Shown: positions 1-9,007, numbered from the stretch's first letter. The stretch is DNA of 64,000 bases from Treponema sp. (GCA_031276965.1 JAISMC010000051.1:2427-66426); one strand, 5' to 3'. The notes: a model not told the origin generated them from the letters alone. Program-made: numbers and translations.

Positions 1-61
1 TTTGTAATTGTGTTTGTCAGTGTGCGGCAGAGTGCAGTATTTTTTAAAGGAGTAAATAACC

Positions 62-1223
62 ATGAAGGAATTTAAATGTTTTAGTCCCTGGGTATTTCTT
101 ACATATAAATGCAGTTGTAAATGTCCATATTGTTTTGTTCCAAGCATAAATGATAATTTACTATCTATGACCAGTGAGACATTTGAGCGATTGTTAAAAA
201 CAACTCAAAACATTATTGAAGCCGGTAATTACGACCAGGCAATTTTTAGATTAAGCGGAGGAGAACCGTTATTAGTATGGAAGAATTATGCAAATTTGGT
301 TACAGAATATAAACAAAAGCTTGGGGGAAAAATGGTGTTTGGCTTATTGTCTAATTTGACTATTCTTAACGATGAGATTCTTGAATGGATGAAACAAAAT
401 GATATAGGCATTCAAGTTTCATTAGATGATTTACATAATTCAAAGCCACTCAAGAATGGTGTATCATCATCGTCAATTGTTTTGAAAAATATTGAACAGC
501 TTGAGAAAGCAAATATCTGTTATTCAATTAATAGTGTTTTTGATTATGAAAAATCTGGTACTAATGGTTTAAAAGAATTAGTGAAATATATACTGACTAA
601 AAAGATAAGGCAATGAGGACTCTGTTCTTCTTATTCGCTAGATGATGATACACATTTAGAAGAAATTATAGATGCATTTAAAATAGCAATATTACAGCTT
701 CGCGATACGGGTTATGATATTCGTAATTGGTTTAGATTTTATAATGAAGTAATAAATAAAACCCGGACAAACTTGTAAAGCCGGAGTTGATATATTTTCT
801 ATTGGACCCAATCTTGAAGTATGGCCTTGTCAGGCCCTGAATGATGGGCCTCCCATTGGATATTATACTGAAAATATAGAAGAACTGTTAGCGACAAGCA
901 AAGCTAATGAATATTTCAAGAATAGGACTTTATTACCCCAATGTACCGATTGTACTGTATTGAATTGGTGCAGGGGAGGTTGCCGTGCCATGCACGTAAA
1001 AAATACAAAAGCGCTTTATATTGCTTGTAAAATAAAGCAAGAAATCATTCTCTTTATTTTAAAAGAAACAGAACACTACCAGTATCATCAGCATAATAAT
1101 GGCAACTGCAATTATCAACAGAACGGAGGTTTAGACAAAATCATTGCCGATTATATAGCAAATATACCCAAAACCGGATTAAAACCTATGTTTGTGGAAA
1201 CTCCACCGTTACCGAAAGATTAA
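62..1223 (+). pseudogene. radical SAM / SPASM-domain maturase-like gene, disrupted (in-frame TGA plus frameshift)
   Basis: A CxxxCxxC cluster motif (CSCKCPYC) lies near the N-terminus of ORF 62..616. An in-frame TGA at 614-616 is followed by the same frame staying open to TAA 776-778. The frame switches inside 757-776 into the frame of ORF 960..1223, which carries SPASM-type Cys motifs (TCKAGVD...WPCQ; CTDCTVLNWCRGGC). Confidence 0.7.
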
Positions 1224-1328
1224 GCGTTTTTTATCACTTGGGCTATGTTTTCTATGATAAACGGAACCAATTATTTCAAGTAAAAAAATAACAAGGATAA
1301 AAGATCGCTAAAAACAAGTAAAATTAAG

Positions 1329-1874
1329 CTAAACAAGCTTGTTTTTATATATTTTTGCAGTTCCCGTTTTTATCTGTTTAATTATTTCATCTATTGTTGT
1401 TATACTGCCTGCCCATGATCTTCTTCTACAATTGTTTTTATCAATTACCATGTATCGAGTCCAGCTTTCAGTAAGATTTTTTTGTATATCTCCATTATTA
1501 AGAATATAATCAAGCATCGTATTTATATTTGTCCATTCTCCCCAAATCTTTTCATGTAAATTTAAATAACAACGGCGCCATTCTTTACCACAAAAAAACG
1601 TTCTCTGAATGATATTATGAGAAAAATCTCCATCAAGAATTCTAAATGTTTTTACCCCAAAAGAATGAAAAGATATATTTGGATTTATCGGAGGTATATT
1701 TTTTATTGTTTGGGCTATCTCTTCCGAATAAGTCCAATAACGACACGGAGCCAATAAACAATCATTAATATCATCATTTTTCTTAAATTGAACGACTTTT
1801 ATTTTTGCAGGATTTTCTTTATACTCATTGATATTAAAGCAGCTTAAAAGCCTTATATCATTTATACTTATCAT
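1329..1874 (-). CDS. hypothetical protein (181 aa, Cys/Trp-rich), AT-rich island
   Basis: Uninterrupted ORF in AT-rich DNA, where stop codons are frequent. No motif I can recognise. Confidence 0.5.
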   Translation of the reverse strand: MISINDIRLLSCFNINEYKENPAKIKVVQFKKNDDINDCLLAPCRYWTYSEEIAQTIKNIPPINPNISFHSFGVKTFRILDGDFSHNIIQRTFFCGKEWRRCYLNLHEKIWGEWTNINTMLDYILNNGDIQKNLTESWTRYMVIDKNNCRRRSWAGSITTIDEIIKQIKTGTAKIYKNKLV

Positions 1875-1892
1875 TTAAAAACCAACCTCATA

Positions 1893-1940
1893 AATTTAGT
1901 TTATACTTTCCTACAAATAGGAAAAAGTATAAACTAAATT
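1893..1940 (-). terminator. long hairpin between two co-directional small genes (possible terminator/processing site)
   Basis: 17-bp perfect inverted repeat AATTTAGTTTATACTTT / AAAGTATAAACTAAATT, extendable by CCT/AGG. It lies downstream of 1962..2252 and upstream of 1329..1874. Confidence 0.4.
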
Positions 1941-1961
1941 ATAGAATCCTTTTGTTTATAG

Positions 1962-2252
1962 CTATCTTCTGGTTCTGGCCCTGCTGTTTGCGGAAACATC
2001 ATCCGCTCCGATTGAAAGACCCGCTATCGTAAGTTTTGCGGTCATTAATTCTTCGATAAGACTGTCAATCTGGGTTTGAACATCATGCAGTGCTTGCAGA
2101 TCCATCTCAGACCTTTTCCCTTCTCTAAGCGATTTCCCCAGAAAGATTAACCTCTTTTTTAAATCAGTTGCCAGCCTGTTTCCTTCCCTAAATAATTTCC
2201 TTAGACAGCTTATCCTTGTGTTTAAGTTTTCTTTCACCAATATGCGCTTCAT
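1962..2252 (-). CDS. hypothetical small helical protein (96 aa) with internal duplication
   Basis: ORF in the AT-rich island. It contains an internal repeat, LRKLFREGNRLATDL / LGKSLREGKRSEMDL. Confidence 0.45.
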   Translation of the reverse strand: MKRILVKENLNTRISCLRKLFREGNRLATDLKKRLIFLGKSLREGKRSEMDLQALHDVQTQIDSLIEELMTAKLTIAGLSIGADDVSANSRARTRR

Positions 2253-2448
2253 GTTTTTTCTCCTTTTTAAAAGATAATTTGTTGGAGAATATATTAAAAG
2301 ATCATTTTTTAGAATTAATTTAATATGAAAAATTTAGGATAACAGAAAAATCGTTTTCAGCACATTTTCTCGAAGCCTTATCTTTTTGAATAAAGGAAAA
2401 ATTTCTTGAAGAAATTGAGAAAAAATTAAATAATCTGTTTAAACCTGC

Positions 2449-2772
2449 TTACTGATTAAAAAAGGATTCAAACACTTTAACCATAAAACCTAGATATGTT
2501 ACGGTTTTCTTTGGCATGGCGTCATAAACAGCTTTAAAAAACCTGACGGATTTTTTTCCCAAAACCCTGGTTATTTTCTTTATCATTATTTCAAACTCTT
2601 CAAGGGATATTTGAGTTTTTTCTATAATAGTATCTGAATCCACAAAATATTCAAACGTATCATGGATAACGGTAAAAAATCCTAAAACATCGTCTCCCAA
2701 AACGCTAATTAACTTTCGGGTATATGATGTAAATTCCTTTTCATCCATTGGGTTTATATTTTCGCTTTCCAT
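2449..2772 (-). CDS. hypothetical small protein (107 aa) with internal duplication
   Basis: ORF in the AT-rich island. It contains an internal repeat, RKLISVLGDDVLGFFTVIHDTF / KKITRVLGKKSVRFFKAVYDAM. Confidence 0.45.
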   Translation of the reverse strand: MESENINPMDEKEFTSYTRKLISVLGDDVLGFFTVIHDTFEYFVDSDTIIEKTQISLEEFEIMIKKITRVLGKKSVRFFKAVYDAMPKKTVTYLGFMVKVFESFFNQ

Positions 2773-2801
2773 ATATACGACATAGATAAAAGGACAAATA
2801 A

Positions 2802-3808
2802 TTATTTTTTATAATAAATTTCTAAAGCCTTTTTTGGTAATACACACTGGTTTAATAATATGTCAAACATACCTGTATCAAGCCTTGTGTTTTGTCTAAA
2901 TGCAAACTCGTCAACATACTTCTGCATATGCTGATCTGAAATATGATGGTATACGCCTCTAATTCCATTTTTCATAACGCCCCAGAAATTTTCAATCCCG
3001 TTTATATGCGTGCCGTTACCGGCACAGTATTGACCCTTTGAATGATTTACCGTTACATGAATATAATTTTCTTTTTGCTCTTTACTGTCCAGTATTCCAT
3101 AACTTTTAAATTCATCCGTATTAACAATAGTCCCTTTTTTACAGGTTTTCTCAATAACGTTATAAGCTGTTTCCCCGTCAGTTTCTTGCCTTCCTCATTT
3201 GGCTGCATTACTTTGGCATATACATGACCGGTACTTCTTTCTTTTATACCGACAACCGGAGTTTTGTTGGTTCCCCTTCCCCGTTTGTTGTAAAATTTTC
3301 GGGGTTTTATAACATTACCGTCTTTATCAAGAACCGCGTTTGTTTTTCTTGGCTTTCCGCCTACATACGTTTCATCAACCTCCACCACGGCTTCAAATAT
3401 TTGTTCAATTTCCCTGTTTGCCATTGCTATTCTTATCTGGTGGAGTATCCTCCACGCCGATTTATATGTTATTTCCAATTCTCTTGCTACATGGCAGGCT
3501 GAATACCCTGCTCTGTCGTTTAATAATTTACAAATCGTCTTAAACCAATCGACTATTGGGATATGAGTTTTCTCAAATATAGTTCCTTTAAGTGGTGAAA
3601 ATGAGTTGTTGCATTTAGAACAATGGAAAACTTTAAGTCTTTCTCTTTCCCGGTAAATATAAATTGTTGCTCCACAATGAGGACAGACCAGCTTGCCTTT
3701 ATAGCGCATATCAATAAACCAGTCTATGGCGGCTTTTTCATTCGGAAACCTTTTTTCAAATCTTTTGTCCGACATCGCGCTGACCGCTCTTTCGGATTTA
3801 TTAGTCAT
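2802..3808 (-). pseudogene. IS1595-family (ISXO2-like) transposase, frameshifted
   Basis: N-terminal zinc ribbon (CPHCG...CSKCN) and DDE region (VEVDETYVGG). The C-terminal part (TGETAYNVIEKTCKKGTIVNTDEFKSY...HVTVNHSKGQYCAGNGTHINGIENFWG...LEIYYKK) continues in another frame down to TAA at 2802-2804. The frame break is at the C4 (G4 on the coding strand) run 3173-3176. Confidence 0.8.
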
Positions 3809-4110
3809 AACTTACTTATCCTCCTTTCCCTAATTTTTTAAGGCGTAATATAGGAGATTAAAAATTGGTTTTGAAAAAACGAATTTTTAGCCCTAAAAAC
3901 GGCATAAAAAGGAGGACAAGAGGTTTGGGGAACCATTAGAAAGGGAAAAAAGATATATTATATAAATATTATAGGATTAATAGGATATTTATATATAAAA
4001 TATAAGAGAAATTGAGGTAATTAAGTTATTTTTGTTTTTTATATGTGTTTATGTCTACGTAAATATACAATCTCGTATTTCAATACTTGCGGCCCCCACC
4101 TTCCGGTCAA

Positions 4111-4662
4111 TTACCGCGTCATAAGGCTTAACACTTCTCCGATATACATGCGGTGGTAGTCTTTCTTGGGGTAGCACTCCCTTTCTATGAAAGGGTCGAG
4201 AAAGGCGGCGGGGTTAAAATCGTGGGTATAGAGCTTACGGCAGATGATGATCTCCAAGGCTTCCTCAAAGCCAATGCCGCCTGCCGCCTTGCCGCTGTTG
4301 AAGATGATGGGTGAAAGGCCGGTCCTGGCGGCCTTGTCCGCGTCCCGGCCCGAATGGGCGCCGCAAAATTCCAGAACCCCGTGGCGGGACTTGTCAAAAA
4401 ATGAGAGCGTGAAGAGGGACGCGGCATTGATGAATTCAAAGGTGTAACGGTGGGGCCGGACAAAAACAAAGGCTGCATCCCGGCCCCAGAGTTCCCCGAG
4501 CCCGCCCCAGGAAACGGTCATGGTATTCCAGCTGGTCCCACCGGAGCCGGCGGTAAGGAGGGCCCAGTCGTCACCAATCCGGGCGGCGGGAGCGCCGGGG
4601 AATTCCCGGATATTTTTTTCGACCCAGCGGTCATCCGCGGGGACAAGCTCTTTCTGTTTCAT
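4111..4662 (-). CDS. flavin reductase-like (FMN-binding split-barrel) domain protein
   Basis: 183-aa ORF whose overall pattern (NTMTVSWGGLG, FVFVRPHRYT, SGRDADK) is typical of the flavin reductase/flavoredoxin family. Confidence 0.7.
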   Translation of the reverse strand: MKQKELVPADDRWVEKNIREFPGAPAARIGDDWALLTAGSGGTSWNTMTVSWGGLGELWGRDAAFVFVRPHRYTFEFINAASLFTLSFFDKSRHGVLEFCGAHSGRDADKAARTGLSPIIFNSGKAAGGIGFEEALEIIICRKLYTHDFNPAAFLDPFIERECYPKKDYHRMYIGEVLSLMTR

Positions 4663-4692
4663 AAATATCTCCTCAAAAAAAAACCCGCCCGG

Positions 4693-6291
4693 TTACAGCC
4701 CCAGGAGTCTGCCGTATTCGTCCAGGGCAGGATCTCCCGAGCCGCTTTCCGGCTTGGCGGCCAGTACTTTTTTAGTCAGGATCTTGCCCAGCTGGACCCC
4801 CTCCTGATCAAAGCTGTTAAGGTTCCACACAAAACCCTGGAACATCACCTTGTTTTCAAAATGGGCCAGGAGCGCCCCCAGGGTTTTAGGGTTCAGCTTG
4901 TTTCCATAGATAAGGCTGGAAGGGCGGCCCCCTAAAAATTCCTTGTTTGGATTGCCGTCGTCCCGGCCCTTGGCAAAGGCCACAATCTGGGCCGCCAGAT
5001 TCGCCTTCAACTTGGTTTGGCTGACGGAACCTTCCACTTCCACATCATCCCCCCGCTGGCTTTCGGCAAAACCCACAAACTGAAGGGGGACTATATCCGT
5101 CCCCTGATGGAGAAGCTGATAGAAGGAATGCTGGCCGTTGGTTCCGGGTTCGCCGAACACCACGGGCCCGGTGGAATAGGCCAGGGGTACGCCGTTCCGG
5201 TTTACCCGCTTGCCGTTAGACTCCATATCGAGCTGCTGCAGATGGGCGGGGAAACGGGACAGTCCCTGGCTGTAGGGAAGCACCGCCGTATAGGGGAAAC
5301 CCAGGAAGTTCCGTTCCCAAACCCCCAACAGGGCGTCCAGCAGGGCGGCGTTTTTAAGGACCGCCGGTTCCAGGGCAAGCCGGTCCGCCTCATTGGCGCC
5401 GGCAAGAAATTCCTTAAACACCTCAGGACCGAAGGCCAGGGAGAGGATTACCCCGCCCACCGCGGAGGTGGATGAATAACGGCCGCCGATAAAATCATCA
5501 ATATAAAAAGAATCCAAATAGGCGGGATTGCGGGCCAGGGGGCTGGTCTCGCTGGTTACCGCCGCTATGTGTCTGCCGGGATCGAGTCCCGCCTTTTTCA
5601 ATTTGTCCTTGATGAAAAGCTCATTGGCCAGAGTTTCCTGGGTGGTCCCGCTCTTGGAAACCAGCACGAAGAGGGTCTCCTCCAGGGGGACCGAGGCGGC
5701 GATTTTAGAGGCGTCATCGGGGTCCACGTTGGAGATAAACTCCGCCCGGAGCCGGTTTTTGCCTTCCCTGGCCGCCCAATTTTCCAGCGCCAGGTACATG
5801 GCCCGGGGCCCCAGGTCGGAGCCGCCTATGCCAATCTGGACCACGGTGGTAAAGGCCCTGCCCGCGGCGCCCCTGATTTTTCCGACGTGGACCGCAGCGG
5901 CGAAGGCGGAAAAGCGGTCCAGTTCGGCCTGATAGAAGGCCCCCAGATCTTTCCCCTCATGGAGCACCGGCTTTCCTGTAAGGGCAATGCCTCCGCTCCG
6001 GGTCAGGTGGTGGAGGACCTTCCGCTTTTCCCCGGTATTGATGATCTCCCCCTCCAGGAGGGCCCTATATTTGGCGATAAGCTCCTGTTCGCCGGCCAGG
6101 TCCTGGAGCAGTTCCAGGACCCCCTCACCGGCGGGTTTGGCCGCCCAGGAGTAGCACAGTCCCGCCGCCATAGGGGTCCGGGCCGACCTGACCCGTTCGG
6201 CAGTGAGGAGCGTGCGGTAATCAAAGGCGCCCCCCGCCAGAACCTGCAATTTTTTATAGCTCCCGGTTTTATCGAAATCGGTATAGTTCAT
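4693..6291 (-). CDS. pgi: glucose-6-phosphate isomerase
   Basis: 532 aa with PGI signatures GIGGSDLGPRA and DDFIGGRYSSTSAVGG. Confidence 0.95.
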   Translation of the reverse strand: MNYTDFDKTGSYKKLQVLAGGAFDYRTLLTAERVRSARTPMAAGLCYSWAAKPAGEGVLELLQDLAGEQELIAKYRALLEGEIINTGEKRKVLHHLTRSGGIALTGKPVLHEGKDLGAFYQAELDRFSAFAAAVHVGKIRGAAGRAFTTVVQIGIGGSDLGPRAMYLALENWAAREGKNRLRAEFISNVDPDDASKIAASVPLEETLFVLVSKSGTTQETLANELFIKDKLKKAGLDPGRHIAAVTSETSPLARNPAYLDSFYIDDFIGGRYSSTSAVGGVILSLAFGPEVFKEFLAGANEADRLALEPAVLKNAALLDALLGVWERNFLGFPYTAVLPYSQGLSRFPAHLQQLDMESNGKRVNRNGVPLAYSTGPVVFGEPGTNGQHSFYQLLHQGTDIVPLQFVGFAESQRGDDVEVEGSVSQTKLKANLAAQIVAFAKGRDDGNPNKEFLGGRPSSLIYGNKLNPKTLGALLAHFENKVMFQGFVWNLNSFDQEGVQLGKILTKKVLAAKPESGSGDPALDEYGRLLGL

Positions 6292-6358
6292 GGTAACCTC
6301 ACTCTATCTTCAGCATATAGTTTTAACATTTGACCGGCAATAGCGCTGAATTTCCGGA

Positions 6359-6856
6359 TCAATCCTCCAGCTCGGGGATGCTCTCCTTCATCCGGTTCAT
6401 AAAATCCTCTCCGGTGATGCCTTCCCTAAGGCAGACAAAGACCGTATTGTCCCTGCCGGAGATGGTCCCCAGTACGTCATCCAGCCCCAGATTGTCTACC
6501 GCCAGGGCCACCGAATCAGAGTGGCCCGAGTAGGTTTTAATCACCACAATATTGCCCGACCAGTCAATAGAAATGTAACCCCGGAGAAAATCGTGGATAT
6601 AGGCCCGTTCCGTTTCCTGCCGTTCATCGTCCCCGGGGAGGGAATAGACATAGCCATTATGGCCGTCGGAGATTTTCCCTACCTTGAGAAGTTTTAGATC
6701 CCGGGAAAGGGTCGCCTGGGTAACAATGAAGCCTTCTTTCTGGAGGTGTCCCAGAAGGGTCTCCTGGGATTCAATACGATAGGTTTTTATCAATTTGCGG
6801 ACCGCTTTTAAGCGGGCCAAACGTTCTTTCACTAAAATGCTCCTATTCCGGAACAA
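6359..6856 (-). CDS. argR: arginine repressor ArgR (start may be GTG at 6832)
   Basis: Winged-helix N-terminus (SQETLLGHLQKEGFIVTQATLSRDLKLL) and a C-terminal GTISGRDNTVFV motif. The track start at 6856 is TTG. A GTG at 6832 is preceded by AGGAG. Confidence 0.85.
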   Translation of the reverse strand: MFRNRSILVKERLARLKAVRKLIKTYRIESQETLLGHLQKEGFIVTQATLSRDLKLLKVGKISDGHNGYVYSLPGDDERQETERAYIHDFLRGYISIDWSGNIVVIKTYSGHSDSVALAVDNLGLDDVLGTISGRDNTVFVCLREGITGEDFMNRMKESIPELED

Positions 6857-6906
6857 TACCTCTCCCCGCCCTGAAAGGCGGAGTATCAGACCTCCTGCGA
6901 ATAAAT
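6854..6906. repeat. copy A (shortened) of intergenic repeat family 1
   Basis: CAATACCTCTCCCCGCCCTGAAAGGCGGAGTATCAGACCTCCTGCGAATAAA aligns with copies at 9155-9177/9284-9344 and 21633-21705. Confidence 0.6.
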
Positions 6907-6934
6907 ATTCCCTGGTTTTGCATAAACATACAAT
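6896..6934. promoter_or_regulatory. two tandem ARG-box-like 18-mers (candidate ArgR operator) upstream of argR
   Basis: 6896-6913 tgCGAATaaatATTCCct and 6917-6934 ttTGCATaaacATACAat. Each has 8/10 of the TGAAT-w4-ATTCA core. They are separated by 3 bp (21 bp centre to centre) and overlap a TTGCTA-17-TATGTT promoter-like sequence on the minus strand. Confidence 0.45.
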
Positions 6935-7055
6935 AATAAGCGCCTTTTAGCAAGCGGTTTTTCCGGCGAAACCTTTTTCCGGCATTCTCCGGGGGGATAA
7001 TTTCATCTTTATCCTTAAAATACCGATACAGAAACAGGGAGATTCCTCAAAACCC

Positions 7056-8483
7056 ATGGGAAGCAGTCGAAAAAACGATTTTGACAGGCAAGAAAGTCCG
7101 TCCGCCCGTTCGTCTTTGATTCTGGGAGGTCAGAATGACGGCAGTATCACCGTTACCTTTACCGATCAGGATCTGGAGGCATGGGGAGACTTTACCCCCC
7201 CCATAGGCGGCGGCGCCCTCATTACCCCGGATTACATCAATACCCTGCTGGAAAAGATGAATATCGTCTACGGCGTCCGCTGGGATACCATTCAGGAGAG
7301 CGCCTTCCAGTGCAATACCAGCCGCCGGCCCGTCAAAGCTGTGCTTATCGCCCAGGGAGACAAACCGGTAAACGAAGTTGCCGAATACTTCGAGCTTAAC
7401 CCGTACCTCAACGCCCCCAAGATCCCCGAAGATAACGCCAGGGTCGATTACCGTTCCTATTCGCCCTTTACCATTGTAAAGCAGGAACAGGTCCTGGCCC
7501 GGCTGCGGCCCCGTAAAATAGGACAGGACGGCAAAAATGTCCACGGCATAACGCTGCCCCATTCCATGATCCGCCCCGAGGGGGTCCGGGGGGGACAGAA
7601 CACCAAAAGCAACGGCAAATACATTACCGCCGCCATTAACGGACAACTGATCCAGAACAACAACGAGCTCAGTGTCCAGGATAACCTGGTTATCAAGGGG
7701 CCCGTAGGGTACGCCACTGGGAACATCATCTTTCCCGGGGATGTACTTATCGAAGGTCCCGTGTCGGACGGATTCAAGATCTACTCCGGCGGTTCGGTAA
7801 CCATCAAGCAGACCTTCGACGTAACCGATGTGATCACCAGGACGGACCTCTCCGTGGCGGGGGGCATCATAGGGCGGGGACGGGCCCTGGTCAAGGTGGG
7901 GGGTACCCTTAAAACCAAGTTTATCGAGAATTGCCGCGTAGCCTGCCGCAGGTCCATTATTGTGGATACGGAGATTATCAATTCCAGCGTCTACACCATG
8001 GAACGAATCGAAATGGGAGACAAGGGCCTGATCCTGGGAGGCGAGATCTACGCCATCCACGGAGTCAGAACCGGGGGTATCGGCAAAAAAGCGGGGAAGG
8101 CCACCCATATCCACTGCGGGGTCGATTTTACCGTTCAGCAGGAGAAAGAAAAGAACAACGACCAGCTGCGGATCATAGCGGCGAAGCTGGGGAAACTCCG
8201 GGAACTGATGGCTGCCCCCGGACAGGACGGGGAAAAACAAGCCAAGATGGAGGAACTTCGCCGCCGTCTGGAGGATGAACAGAAAAAAACCGGCTCCCGG
8301 ATCAGCGGTCTTCTGGGCCGCCTTAATGCTGATGAGAACGCCGCGGTAGAAGTCTCCGGGGAAATTGCTCTGGGAACTTTGATCGAAATATGCCAAATAG
8401 CCTTTTTTGTTTCCGAGCCCCTGCGAAAAGTCCGGATCAGGCTGGACAAATCCATGGGAAAGCTGATCTGCGAACCCCTGTAA
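7056..8483 (+). CDS. FapA-family (DUF342) protein
   Basis: 475 aa with an N-terminal domain, a beta-helix-like repetitive core and a C-terminal coiled coil (EKEKNNDQLRIIAAKLGKLRELM), as in DUF342/FapA proteins. Confidence 0.75.
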   Translation: MGSSRKNDFDRQESPSARSSLILGGQNDGSITVTFTDQDLEAWGDFTPPIGGGALITPDYINTLLEKMNIVYGVRWDTIQESAFQCNTSRRPVKAVLIAQGDKPVNEVAEYFELNPYLNAPKIPEDNARVDYRSYSPFTIVKQEQVLARLRPRKIGQDGKNVHGITLPHSMIRPEGVRGGQNTKSNGKYITAAINGQLIQNNNELSVQDNLVIKGPVGYATGNIIFPGDVLIEGPVSDGFKIYSGGSVTIKQTFDVTDVITRTDLSVAGGIIGRGRALVKVGGTLKTKFIENCRVACRRSIIVDTEIINSSVYTMERIEMGDKGLILGGEIYAIHGVRTGGIGKKAGKATHIHCGVDFTVQQEKEKNNDQLRIIAAKLGKLRELMAAPGQDGEKQAKMEELRRRLEDEQKKTGSRISGLLGRLNADENAAVEVSGEIALGTLIEICQIAFFVSEPLRKVRIRLDKSMGKLICEPL

Positions 8484-8534
8484 GCCGTTCCCTGCAGCGG
8501 CTCATTCCGAAACTGGCAAAACAGAACAAGGGTT

Positions 8535-8945
8535 TTGTGCGCAAAGCGCAACAAACTCCCAGGGTTCCGTGGACCACTGCCTTCTGAAGACAAAGTTGAA
8601 CTTGACCGGAAAGGAAAAAACTGTTTCGGCAAAGAACAGACATACCGGGAATTCCTTGAGGAACTCGAAGGCTGCAGGCGCGGTTTCGAGCCTTATGCCG
8701 GGGAGTTCGCGGTCCTCTGCAAGGTCTTTGAACGAGTAAAAAAGATAAAGGCGATTAACAGGCTGCGTACCAGCTACGGCATAAAGCACGAGGGCGAAGC
8801 GGGGTACGTACCGAACGGGGTGTTTATCACAGCTGCGCTGCATTGCGGGTTCCGGTACAAGGCCTATGAAAACTCCCCGAATCCGTGCTTTAATATGTCT
8901 GAAGCTTTTATAAAGTCGCTTGAAAAGCAGTATCAGGCCCTATAG
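8535..8945 (+). CDS. hypothetical protein (start uncertain; 3' end overlaps tRNA-Arg by 10 nt)
   Basis: 136-aa ORF with non-shadow-like composition and no recognised motif. The overlap with the tRNA lowers confidence. Confidence 0.35.
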   Translation: MCAKRNKLPGFRGPLPSEDKVELDRKGKNCFGKEQTYREFLEELEGCRRGFEPYAGEFAVLCKVFERVKKIKAINRLRTSYGIKHEGEAGYVPNGVFITAALHCGFRYKAYENSPNPCFNMSEAFIKSLEKQYQAL

Positions 8946-9007
8946 CTCAATGGATAGAGCCCCGGTCTTCTAAACCGGCTATACAGGTTCGATTCCTGTT
9001 AGGGTCA
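8936..9007 (+). tRNA. tRNA-Arg (anticodon TCT)
   Basis: Manual cloverleaf: acceptor GGCCCTA/TAGGGTC, D stem GCTC/GAGC, anticodon stem CCGGT/ACCGG with loop CTTCTAA, T arm ACAGG-TTCGATT-CCTGT, discriminator A. Confidence 0.9.

Noticed and set aside
614-616. In-frame TGA as selenocysteine or a genetic-code variant (TGA = Trp or Gly)
   Set aside because: I could not see a SECIS-like hairpin directly downstream. The same gene also carries a true frameshift, so simple decay is more parsimonious. It is kept only as a minor alternative in the finding.
3042-3841. Small plus-strand ORFs (61-92 aa) across the transposase gene
   Set aside because: They are antisense to a recognisable IS1595 transposase and have hydrophobic, low-complexity products.
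2775-3860. Terminal inverted repeats of the IS1595 element
   Set aside because: Only weak similarity was seen (AAAGGACAAATAATTA against AAAGGAGGATAAGTAA). That is not convincing enough to define the element ends.
7047-8396. 449-aa ORF on the minus strand covering almost the whole FapA/DUF342 gene
   Set aside because: It is antisense to a gene with clear family features. The translation is G/P/A/R/D-rich low-complexity sequence typical of shadow ORFs in GC-rich DNA. It has no motif and no RBS.
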